The notes beneath the pieces were generated by a model that searched no databases, was not told the DNA's origin, and saw only the letters and a program-made list of their open reading frames with translations. A program made the translations under genes and the position numbers. Positions 37,022 to 48,982 of a stretch of 64,000 bases of DNA are shown here, piece by piece; the stretch's first letter is position 1; each line of letters opens with the position of its first letter. Where the stretch lies: NCBI GenBank assembly GCA_050273025.1, contig CP158635.1, forward strand, positions 4,960,001 to 5,024,000. The letters run 5' to 3'. Source of the stretch: Cenococcum geophilum. Lineage: Eukaryota.

Positions 37022-38161
37022 TTACGCAGCCTTAACTCCCTTCCACCATTCTCCCGCCCTCTTAACACAATGAGCCGCCTCGTCGTGAAACGCGTTAAAC
37101 TGTCCTGTGAGCACAATATCGTGCGGCACTGCCTCTTCCACATCCACCACGACCCTGTTCCCAGCGACCTCCTTCATCTCCTGCCCACACTGCACATCAT
37201 CGCCACATAGTACTTCCGCGCCGCCAGTATTCAGGTATACGGGCGTCGGCGTCGCAAATGGATGTCCCAAGTGCGAGATGTACGGGCTGGAGAGCGATGA
37301 CGGGCCCGCGAGCCCAGCGTACGCCTTAGCGCCCCAGGTTATGAAGCTCGGCGGCAGGTAGTCGGTGTTGAAGTTGGGGTTGCGCAGGATGGTGTCCGTG
37401 TCGAGACCCTCGGACGGTTGCACCCAGGGAGACCAGAGCCACGCGCCGCCGGGTGCGGGTATGTTGAGGTCGGAGCCGTACTGCGAGAGGTAGCGGAGGA
37501 GCGCGAGGGTGAGATTGCCACCTGCTGAGTCGCCTGATACGATGATGTTCGAGGCGGGGATCTTGAGGTCGTTGAGGAGGTATAGGTAGCTTGTTAGAGT
37601 GTCTTGTAAGGCGGCAGGGAAGGGATTCGAGGTCTTAGAGGCGGGGAGGATGGAGAGACGGTATTGGGGCAGCAGGACGTGTGTAATGCCGCCATGCTTG
37701 AGGAATTTGTTGGCGAGGTAGCCAGCCGTAGCGGTGCGACCGTCGCCAGCGACAAAAGCCCCGCCATGCATGTGAAGAATGACGGTCAAAGAACTTTTGT
37801 CTGAGGTAGAGGTAAGAGGCGCAGGGTACCATGTTGCGCCAATTGTTGCTGGCTTCACATCATCGTGGACAAGGGGTCCCTTGTAGAGCTTCGCTGAAGC
37901 GGGAGGGATGGTGATGAAGCGTTCCTTTTCGGCTCCGGGTGTGAGCGGGAGAGGTTCGTATGCTTGAACGATAGAGGAGTGGTGGAGGAAAGAGTATAGA
38001 AAACGAATGCCAATGGCCTGCCGGAAGGACCACTTTGGGTGTTGTCGACCGTAAGTTGTGATATACTTGACAACCCAAATTGGCATTCGGGTAAGCTCGA
38101 AACCGATGGCGAGAAGAGCGTATATGCCCTTAAAGGGCTGATACGTGAGAATAGATGTCAT
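37022..38161 (-). CDS. Alpha/beta hydrolase fold-3 (HSL-like esterase/lipase)
   Basis: HMHGGAF oxyanion motif, FPAALQD, GDSAGGNL nucleophile elbow, PHD. Confidence 0.92.
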   Translation of the reverse strand: MTSILTYQPFKGIYALLAIGFELTRMPIWVVKYITTYGRQHPKWSFRQAIGIRFLYSFLHHSSIVQAYEPLPLTPGAEKERFITIPPASAKLYKGPLVHDDVKPATIGATWYPAPLTSTSDKSSLTVILHMHGGAFVAGDGRTATAGYLANKFLKHGGITHVLLPQYRLSILPASKTSNPFPAALQDTLTSYLYLLNDLKIPASNIIVSGDSAGGNLTLALLRYLSQYGSDLNIPAPGGAWLWSPWVQPSEGLDTDTILRNPNFNTDYLPPSFITWGAKAYAGLAGPSSLSSPYISHLGHPFATPTPVYLNTGGAEVLCGDDVQCGQEMKEVAGNRVVVDVEEAVPHDIVLTGQFNAFHDEAAHCVKRAGEWWKGVKAA

Positions 38162-39498
38162 GACAATCGTCTCTACTATGAGTATATGTAGAGTGATTGG
38201 AAAGCAGCTCGAGCAAATAGAATTTCAACGTCAACGGGGGGAGGTGTTTTATGTAGAGACTTGGGAGCTTGGACATCTCCAGGGTTCTTTATCAGCACCA
38301 TTATTAGGCCGGAGCTTAATGGAGACGTCAGCTTCGGTAGAGGCCAGGACATGCACTCCCTCGCATTTCCACAGGGAATGCCATTGAGCCGTAGAAGCAA
38401 GATCAGCCAGCATTAGCCAGTTCAGGACTAACAATTCCCTAGCTCTCACTCAGACCATGACATCAGGGATGCATATAACTATTCTATTAGTTATTTAAGT
38501 TATGATTACTATACATGTTTATAATCAATATAATCACCCGTAGTAAAACCAGGTAGGAATAGAATGTAGTGATAAAGCTCTGGTGTTGAGAAAGTTCCTT
38601 ATTAATTTTCGTATTACGGAGTATATGGTCGGCATTAACCAAAAAGCGCCGAGCATATTGTTTTACCCACGAGAAACGTCCTTGCGGGCTTTTAGGAAAA
38701 GTTATTATATATACGTCAACGCGTATCTCATCGAAAGCTCCTTTTCAATCACCACCTACCAGCCATGTCTTCCTCATAACGCACACCTGCACAAGGCTCC
38801 ACCCAAAAGCTACCACGAGAAGAAGAAACCGACACTACTTTAAGTATTTAAAAAGCCGGCTTCAACATATAGCCATCAAAGCTATCAACCTCAAGGAATC
38901 GATTAATAAAACGACGAGTGGCGATGCGGGCAGGAACACGGTAAGCAATAAGGAAGCAAATAAGGCAGCAGAAGATAAGGGAATTAAGTAGTAAGTATAA
39001 CTCGTAGAGCCTCTCTTAAGCCAAGACCAATCTAATCCTAATTAGGAAATTAGTGTATAATCAATATAATTAATATGAAATCAAAATCAATGGCCTATAA
39101 CTGGAATGCGCACGCACGTCTTCTTTATCAATGCCAGCTGTTTTCGAATGCTTGCTTCAAGCTCACTCGGCCTCGAGCTGTACTACCGTGGAGTCGAGCC
39201 ATTTTATAGGCTCTTTGAGTCAATGTCAATTAATTTCTTATAAAGAGAATCCAAAGCCTAGATAGGCCAGCAGTTAGGTATGCTAACGTTAAGTACAATA
39301 ATACCCTGAATTTGCCACTGGAAGGGTGCGGAATAGTACAGATGGATAGCTCATTCAACCCCTCAATAACTACCGCCCCAATGAGAGCATTTCATACTAC
39401 ACGATTTCCAATGAAACACTTTCCTAAACAAGCCAAACCTCCAGAAATAAATCCAGAGACAGAATGTGTAGCCGAAAAGCTGTAATCAAAGCTTCGAT

Positions 39499-42448
39499 CT
39501 ACAACACGTCCATACCATCCATCACAACCGACGAGCCATACACCGAACTGCGAGTTCTGGAAGTACCTGAGCCAAAACCATGGGGCGGCGTGGGAGAAAA
39601 GTTGGCAAAAACACTGGGCTGTGGGGGTGCCACATCTTGGTATTTGCGGTCGAGCACGTCGAGGCATGCTTGGCCCTCTACCAAAGCCTGGCGCTTCTTC
39701 TTAAGTGCCATTCTCTGACGTTCACGCTGAGAATCCTCGGCCAATAGTTGGATACAGTTGTTGTGGCCTGTTGATACGTTAGTGAGGCTATCAAAAACTT
39801 AAGCAGCTTCACTCACTATCTCCATCGCACATTCCCAAGCCTGTCATAAGCTCTCCCAGTAGCTGGGTACGAAGAAGCCTGAATAACTTTGCCTGCATGC
39901 TCAAACAAATAACATCAAAAAAGCGGAGCGAAGCGATGTTATAGTACCCTCGTATCTTAGCCATAACCTCTACTTCGCGGTGGTACGAGTCAGAGTTGAG
40001 TTTGTCACGGAGATTTTGGTCATTCTGCATTTTCCGATGGCGCTCCACTAAGCTAAGCTGTTTTCCAGTCGCGCGTTCAAATTCTTTGAAATACACGTTA
40101 ATGCGTGCTTCCAACCGCGCTTTCTGAAATGATTCGAGGGCTGTTGCCTTGTTAGATTCCCATAAAACATTGTCTCCTGTGAATGGCTTCTCTTGTTCGG
40201 AGCTAAGAAACTGTGTGGCAGCGACATCGCGCTGCTCGCCGAGGTGAAAGCTGATATACTTTTCTACGATTTCCCAGGCTTTCTGGTAAAGCTCCGTAGT
40301 GTCCCAAGCCTTGAATACGCCATCGAAAAGTAAGCGCAATTGGTTCTTGAGCGAATAGTCAATAACTTGAAAGAATTTGGTCATGGGTTGATCCCAATGC
40401 TCCAAACAACTCAGAATTAGGTGATCCAGAGCTCTTGAGTCCATTTCACCCGGAAGATCAGAGTCGGATATATCATCAAGAACTTTGCGAAGTTCATCTA
40501 ATTTGAACGTCTTTGCTAAGTTACTCCTCTTAACGAGGTCCTGATTAGAGAGTTGCGATCTACTTTGCCCAGGTGTTGTTGGTGCTTCCAATTTGCGCTT
40601 TTTGGTTGGGCTACTATTTGACGAAGCTGGCGCCGGATGACGTATTTCGTTCTCTACATCAGAATCGATTGTGATGGTACCTATGTCATTTTCGATCAGA
40701 TTTTCGTCGATGCTGTGAGGATTATTTGCTCTACGATACAGTCCTTCGTCAAGGCCACCTCTGAGGAAAAGCGCTGGCTTCTGTGCGCCCAATTCCTGGT
40801 AGAAATTTTGTCGGTGCTCTTTCCATGCCAATCGCCACTCTTTGTACGTCTGTTCCCCTTCAATTGCTTTCTGAACACGGCTTGTGAAACTCTGCAACAA
40901 CTGTATGACGATATGAACAGCATTGTGCGTTGGGGGTTCGGGAAGATCACGCAGTTCTGCATCCAGCTGATCAAGCTGTGAGCGGATGCGGTCTTTGATA
41001 GTTGGTAAACTCGCCAGAATCTGCGCTGTTAGCTTCTGTGATAGGATAGTTTGGAGCTGAACAGTTCCATATCGATTTTTAAACTGCGCGAATTGGGTTG
41101 CCCATGGCTCTTGCGTCTCAAAGAATTGACGCTCAAGCTCGCGAGCGCGGCCATGGTCGAGCCCTCCGTCAATTTCAACCTGAGAGGGCTGTTTGGTGAC
41201 GAAATAGGAATGACCCAGCTGAAACTTCTGGCCATTTAGAATTGCGTGCCAAACGTCAACAGGGTCACCTTTGGGGAGACGATCAGGTTTAGTAAGGACG
41301 CCTATATCCACATTAGCACATAAATGAAACCATTGATCGGGCTAAAGGAACCCCATATAGTGAATAGGGTGGCTCACCAATGCAACGATGCTCAGCCTTC
41401 AGGTTGCGCAAAATTCTAGAAGCGCTAGAATTAGCACAATCCCCTTCCATGGAACAAGCCAGTAGAACAAGCGCATTTTCTGACTTGATGTAATCCTTGA
41501 CGAGGTTCTTCACTAGCTTGACCAGATATGGCTTGGTTCCATCTTCAGTCTGATTAATGACCCCTGGTAAATCATAAAATGACAAGTTTGGCAAGCCTGG
41601 TCCGGAGATGTCCAAGCATACCACATTGGGTGAGAACTCTTGTTGTAAGTGGCAATCATCACCAATTGCGGGGACCGGGCCGGAGACGTACCGCATATAA
41701 GGATGGCTTGGATTTAATATGGCCAGCTGTGCTCTATGTATGATGTCTTGCAGAGCATCTTTGTTCTCGATGACCGCAAATGGAGTGTCAACTGGAGTAT
41801 CTTTTTCAGTCCATGGATAAAACGTTCCAGGATTTCCTCCAAGCGATGGAGGGGCTGGTGTGAACAGGTCGTAACGTCTATTCAAGTAGACCCTACATCC
41901 CCAAGAAGCACCTGGCTCATCGTTTGCCGTTGTCGTGATATTCAAAGGGCATCTAGTGCATGTTCCCGAGCTCCTGGGTACTTTGATCTCAGAGATTGCT
42001 TCAATCAGTGAGCTCTTGCCCGCTGATTGATCACCCACTACAATTATTCTCGGCAGTGGGATTTCAGACTTCGCAAGGCCAAGTCCTTCCATCTTGTTGA
42101 TCGCAAGGACCAGTTCTTTGATGCCTCTCCCAACAATCTCAATGCCACTAGCGACTGGAGCATGAGGTACGTCTAAGCGATGTTAGTATTTCAAAGTCGT
42201 GGTTGCACTCAAAAGCCTGTCTTACCGCCTGAACCCTCGCTGTTTCCATTTTTGGGATGCTCTATGTGCTGCGCTTCAGCAGGCTGAAGGCTGGTTTGGG
42301 TATGCGCGTTGATTGTCTCATCCATAGTCGTGTCACCGAAACCTTGTTGGTGAGTAGTGCTATCGGTGGTGTATTGGCTGGAAGTCGGTGAGATGGCAAC
42401 ACCAGGTTCATGTCGATTGCCTCCTCCAGATCGGAGTTGTCCGACCAT
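39499..42448 (-). CDS. Dynamin-superfamily GTPase, Mx-like
   Basis: G1 GDQSAGKSS, G2 TCTRCP, G3 DLPG, G4 TKPD; stalk region and C-terminal GED-like segment (YYNIASLRFFD..RERQRMALKKK); three introns. Confidence 0.9.
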
Positions 42449-43763
42449 TTTGGAAGAAATCGATATGGATGAGGTGAACTAAAAGAAACCTGTCAGCTTC
42501 AAAGGTGAATTCAAGCAGGAGGAGTTATTAACTGTAGTGTTTGCTAAGAGGCATAACTCACAAGTTACAGTTTGATCAACAGCAGGAGAACACAAGATTG
42601 AAAGGGCGATTGCAGATGTTCTTGAACTGGCTATGGGAAAGAGCCTGCAGGTGTTGAAGAAGGATGGTTGGAGTAGAAAATTATCTGGAGTCAGTTGAAA
42701 AAGAAACGAGGGCACAAGGTGAATAAAGACACGATAAGCGAGTAGGTCTTAATTGCACGGGTGTGGATTGACGTGAATACAACACATGTGAATTTGACAG
42801 ATCACCCTCTTTATACTCATTAGGCGGCGTGGCAGAGAACTTTCACCTAAATTCGAAAGACGTAGATACCTACGCACGGCAAAAGGGTTGGCACTTGCCT
42901 TAGCTGAAACAATGGCCGTACGCCACAACAAGACAAGCTCCAAAGAAGACAAAAGAATATCAGACGGCTTTTCGGCAAATTGGACGAAGACTCATTCACA
43001 TCTGTAGAATCCTGAAGGCCTAAACTTCACCTTTCGGAGGGGCATAATGGAAACTTTTGATTTTTGCAGTTTGGCAACTGACATGATTTGTAATATAGTT
43101 GCCGTAGAGGAAAAGGAAATCGAGTGAAGAATATGAGCGATTATGTGAGGCTGTAAGTAGACCAGCTGGGTTTCTACCTAATACGTAGTGGAAGGGTGCC
43201 AAATAACCAAGAATTAAGGCGGTTCCTTTCCTACACTCCTTCGGTGCAAAAGCTCTAGGGCGTCCGTTCGGGCCATGTCCTAAATTCTATAAGCGTAAAG
43301 ACATGACGACTAGTAGAATTGGGTGAGCGAGAAGTGTCAGAGACTGCATTTCGCATAGCCGTTTCTCTCCTTGAACTAAGTTCGGAGACGGAATAGGTCC
43401 TATATGTGGAGACATCCTTGTACTGATACTCCAGAAAGATAGTGCTCTTCAAGGTGAGCAGGATACTAAAGTATTGATGTGAATGGACATGTAGTCTGAT
43501 GTCCAGATATGAGGGGTAGAGGAAAACTGGGCATCACGTGAAGCTTCGCCGAAACCAGCGCCTGGAGCAAAAGTTGAATATCACCACGCAGACACTATCT
43601 CAACTCCACCGCTAACCCCGCGCCATCTATACTACCTATATACTCCCATCTTCCATCACGCCCCCCCCCTCTGTGCATATCGCCTCCTCCGGGACCCACA
43701 AAGGTCGAGCGCCTCCTACGTTCCTCCGCCATCCTCCTGGAGCCTTTCGCGAATACATAAAAG

Positions 43764-44532
43764 ATGGACCACTCAAGAGACCCGTGCCCTTGGGTGGCAC
43801 TAAGTGATTTTGGAGGAGCATTCTGCATGGGAGTATGCCTGCCTCAATTGCTTCTTAAAACATCTTTTTGTACCCTGCTAATATCTTCGCGTAGGCAATC
43901 GGTGGCGCAGGTTCGTACTCACTCCGCAATCTCATATCCAGCATATAACTAAGACCCATCTAGTGTGGCATGGCGTGAAAGGTGTAAGCTCTCCTCTCTA
44001 GACAAATCTCTAGCACAACAAACTCACTATCTACAGTTTCGAAATAGTCCCTATGGCGAACGGCGCATCGGCGGTAATACCTGCTCCCTTCTCTCCTCAC
44101 AACTAAGATCCTGACATTCTAATCTAGCAATAACTGCCATTAAAGCCCGCGCACCCATATTAGGAGGAAACTTCGGTGTGTGGGGTGGTCTCTTCTCGAC
44201 ATTCGACTGCGCCGTCAAGGGAATTCGGTAGAGTGCCCGCCGCAACTCCCTCCAACACACCTTTGTAATCCTCACTAACCCAGCCAACCAACAGTAAGAA
44301 GGAAGATCCCTGGAACGCAATCATAGCCGGTTTCTTTACCGGTGGTTCACTCGCCGTCCGCGGCGGCGCTAAAGCCGTGCGCAACGGCGCCATCGGCTGT
44401 GCGATCCTGCTCGCCGTCATTGAAGGCGTTGGCATCGGCTTCCAGCGCATGATGGCCGAGAACACGCGATTAGAGCCCCCACCTCCACCACAAGAACAGT
44501 CAATGATAGAAGGGCGGGGAATGGTAGCATAG
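43764..44532 (+). CDS. TIM17: Mitochondrial inner membrane translocase subunit Tim17
   Basis: [61 protein letters not shown]. Confidence 0.96.
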
Positions 44533-45184
44533 ACATCGCACGCTGGGCATAATTGGATATAATTTGAAGCATCACGCGAGACGGTGCAGCACGTCATGTG
44601 TACGGATTCGGAGTGGAATTTTTCGGATGATCTTCTGATGCATAGCCGGTTGGCTTGAAGCTGGCTGAACCGGCGTCTTTTAACACTCTCCTCTACTTTA
44701 TCCTCTGTTGTATATTTTTAGCGGCTGTTGTATGCGCTGACATCTGAGTACTTCCCATAGAGGGAAATAACAATAATCGCGCCATGCGTGATTTGTATCA
44801 TTGCTGTAAAGAGAGAAGGGATGTACGATCTAGGGATGGGTTTTTGGCGCAAAAATAGAGTCATTGATTTCATTCAGTCTCGTGTATTGCCTTGTCCAAA
44901 GCCATCAGCAGCATATAAAAGGTCCACAGTCATTCTTATCCCATTCACCCTAACTATTTACAAACTATGAAGACCCAAACGCCATCATCCCATTCGTGGT
45001 TAGTCATATCTAGCCGTCGTGAACTTATCAAAGCATCAATCTTCGATCACGCCGGTTATGCTAGTACACAAAGAAAAACCCCAAAGATCAGAACGCTCAG
45101 CCCGAACACCAAACAGAACAGAGCGTCTGCCACTCAAGTAATCCCTCGAAATCTACACTAGCAGTCTATTAACATCAACTTTCA

Positions 45185-48100
45185 TCACAGATTCCCGATA
45201 ACGACCATAAACCTCAATTTCCCATCCGAAGCTCTCCTCAGTCCGCCTCTCGTACCATCTGTTTGGCCTTGCTCGCTGCCCTGGCTCCCTTCCTCACGCC
45301 CATTCAATGCGACCTCGTCAAGCATCAATGTGCTGCTCTTCCATCCCCAACTCTGGCTGAAATTGAATCGATCTGGTGCGCTTTCATAAACAGATAACAG
45401 TCTACCACCTTTACTCGGGCTGTATATCTTGAAATACGTCTTTATCGTCGGACGAGCATCGACGTAAGGTGGAAGAGTGGGTGTTGCGGCGCGAGATTTA
45501 CGCGGAACAAGCAGGGAGAGCGTCGGATTTGGGTATGCGGTATCCGGGTCTTCATTCTCAGAGTCGTCAGACGTAGCATAAGGTGAGGATGGAGCGTAGG
45601 CGTAAGCTGAATAAACGGTATCACCGTCCAAAGGAGATGGTGAGAGAGCAGGGAAATTGAGGAGGTTGGAGTTCGAGCTGTTGCCAGGCGCAGGACAAGA
45701 AGATGAGGTAGGACGCGCGAACGGGCCACTGGACTGATGATTGTGTAGAGGTAAATGGTGCCTCCTTCGCGCCAGCGCGCTTGTACTGCTGAAAAGAGGG
45801 TTCCTAGAGCCTGTTGACACAAGAGTTGCGTCTGGATCGCCCCCGCTGCCGCTTGTATCTTCCTCGGCCGGTTGCTCGTTCTGGTCCGGCCGCCCTCCAC
45901 CACGCCCACGACGCCGGTCGCGCCGTTCGCTGCGTAGAAGCATTTCTCGCTCGAGCAGTCCGATTCGTTCATCAACGGTACCAATGCTGTTTTGCGCAAG
46001 CCCCGTTCCGCCGCTCACCAGTGCTTCCTCTGCCTCACGCTCCTTGGCCCGGTGCAGGTACACGCCCAGCTGCACATTCTTAGCCGAGCGGACTTTTTGG
46101 ATATAGATGTTCCAGAGGGAGCCCGCATAGAACACCGTACGTGAGTACACTCGTTTCTTCTCTTTTAGGAGGCGTGGGTTAGGAAACTCGGCTGAAAATC
46201 GGAAAGGCGGATAGTGAGTATAGGCAATAGGTTTAGGCTGGCCAGCATTGCTACCACTTGCGGATCCAGGGCGCGCAGGATAGTCAGTACGCGTGTTCGG
46301 ATTAGTGGAAGTCGAAGGAGAGGAGGCAAAGTCTGTTGCCCACTGCGCATCTTCGGGCTGCAAAGTAGCAGAAAGCCGGGATGCGTGACGCTGAAAGGAG
46401 TTCGAAGTAGTGACAACGGGCTCTGCGTTACCACCCATGACAATATTGCAGTCAGTGCTTGGAATCCAGAACTTGCGCGGTTTCCCGTTGGCGTCCCAGC
46501 TCCCGGATTCCATCTCGCCATCATCCTCTTCAGGTGTCCGGGTTCCAAGTTTTCGTTTACCCTTCGATGATGATGATGATGCACTGTCATTAGACGACAC
46601 CTTGGTCAGTGTCGTTTGTTGGTTTGCTGAAGGCTCTTCCGCTGGCTTGCTTAGTCCAAGTTCCATATCCAAATCACCCGCGTTCACTACTTTTTGTCGT
46701 AACTCCATCTGCTGCCAGAGGGCATTTGAGATAACCTTTTCGGGCATAACCGGGAGTCCTAGAATATCACATGCTTTTCGAATGAATTGTAACTGCTCAA
46801 AATCGAGGTGGATGTAGTGAATTCCTTCATCTAGAAGGACTAGTAGTGGTTCAACGTCAGGGTTCGTGTATAGCGCAAGCCATCTATGATGAGAGTCCGG
46901 CGTAAGACGACTCGCCGTCATGGAGTTTTGGCGATAGACGGCATCAAATCGGACCGCCATAAGGCAAAGCATATCTGGTGCTTTAACGACTGTCTTCTTC
47001 CCTCTCTCAATCAACCCAGCCTCAATAGCTTTCTGTTTGAGCCGTCGATCTAAAAGGCGTTTTGCCAGAACCCAGCGATCCCATTCTCCATCAATGAAGA
47101 AACCATCTCCACCAACAATCTCACGAATGATATCCCCAGGAATGGCATCCCAATATTTAAGAGGCATCTCCCAACCATCTCTGCAAAGCATTGACTTGGC
47201 GGATGCCAAAATTCTCTCACCAGACCGACCGTAGTAATTCGCTGTGACTAGTCTGATTAAAGGCGATAAAGTCTCTGGACTCATTTGGCGAAGTATGGCA
47301 TCGATACTTGAATCAACCAAGTCTTGCATCTCGAGCCAGCATCCAGTTGCGAAGAGTCCAATAGCTTCAGCATCCTCTTCTTGGGAAACATCGCAACCAT
47401 AAAGACGCTTCAGGGCAAGCTCAAAAGCATTTTGTGTGATACTTGAGTCAATTTCTTCCGGATGAAGGGTAATCTCTTTAGCTTGGCTTTCGATCCAAGG
47501 TTCAGAAAGTGCAGTCGTGAAGAAAGGTGCTCGATCGAGGATCAGACGGTGTAGTGCATATTTCTGCCCGAAGGCGCCTACCGTAATATCCGAATGACGC
47601 CCTTCGAGGAGACCTCTTGTATACAAATGATCCGGTAGCGACGCCGCCTCAGATGTGAATGCTATAGAAGTCAATAATATGGAATTAGAGAGAATCAGAT
47701 GACATACACCGCATATATGCAGGTCCAGCACTTTGATGGTACGACGGTGCTCGGGAAGAAACAGGAGAGCTTTGTGCTGCAAAAAGTCTACTCAATGTAG
47801 TCAAGGTAGTATATTCACGTCTCTCAATCGATCTCCGACTTTCAACAGGTGTGGTGGGGTCGTCAGCATCCTTCTCCGCCTTTTCCATTCTATTGTTATT
47901 TCGTGTGGCTAAAGAGGCTTCATCTTCGAATCTAGCTGTCCGCCTCACAGTTGCAGTAGAGGAACCCGAAAGGGCGGCGAGCGGACGCAGCGAATTTGGA
48001 GGTGACGTGGAAGTGACAGACGGCCTTACCGAGTCTGTCGTGAGGCTGGGTGATGTGGAGGGAGCGGAGGAGAATATCGATGGAGGATTGGACGAGAAGA

Positions 48101-48266
48101 GGGAGGTCCTCGAGGCGTTACTGGGACCTGCAGCATCATCTGCGGGTGTTGGACCTGCGTCGAAGCTCCACGTAGGCGGATGGGGCGGTTGGTCAAGACT
48201 AAGGGTAGACTCGGCGCGATTCAGGTCTTCAGAAGCCCCCTGTTCATCCGCTTGCTGTTGATGCAT
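45185..48266 (-). CDS. BTB/POZ domain protein with C-terminal MATH-like segment
   Basis: HSDITVGAFGQKYALHRLILDRAPFF (BTB), PPFRFSAEF, FYAGSLWNIYIQK, FNFSQSWGW; one intron near 47665-47708. Confidence 0.85.
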
Positions 48267-48982
48267 GGTGGTATCTGCCTGTGGAATTGGGGACTTCCTA
48301 AAACATAGCGTTGAGGGTTGTAAGATGTGATAAAGCACACGACAGTACAACAACGTAATTTAAATAGCACAATTATATTAAGGAGTATCTCGACGAAGAG
48401 TATGTACCAGAGAAGAGGATAAAGAGAAATATAAAGTATAGTAGAGAAGTGTCAGAAGATTAAGGCTGGGGTGATATGAAGACGTTGGTGTTGATGACGC
48501 TTGTGATGCGGCACAAGCTGCAAGATAGCGAGGTGCGTCAGGGTCCGCCACAATCATTTGGGCTATGGCGCGCCACGATGCCAAGTTTAATGCAGTATAG
48601 TTTCCCGGATCGGGTAAACCTTACATGCACCTCCAAAATGTTTGCGGCTCCACCTCGAAAGCCCACTTGCTCCTGTTGGTTTTACGAAGTGCATCCTTCT
48701 CTTCTGAAGGATCAAATATTCATGACCAAGCTCACTTTATACTAACCCACCGGACAAGCGCTGCTCTTCGAATTCGCACTGGTGATTAACACAAGGATAC
48801 TCCAATTTTGGCACACTTAGAATCGATACTATGAGTGATAACATTATGTTTTTCTGAATAGACATAGGGTCACATTACTACAGGGTGAGCCCAAATCTCT
48901 CTTTCATGATAACATCAAAGACTTGGCATAACCGAATCACTCCGAATCAATTCCAACCTACAAATTCTTAAGGAATGCCTGC

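Noticed and set aside
38460..39110. AT-rich tract that looks like TE debris
   Set aside because: No TIR pair, TSD or protein motif found to classify it
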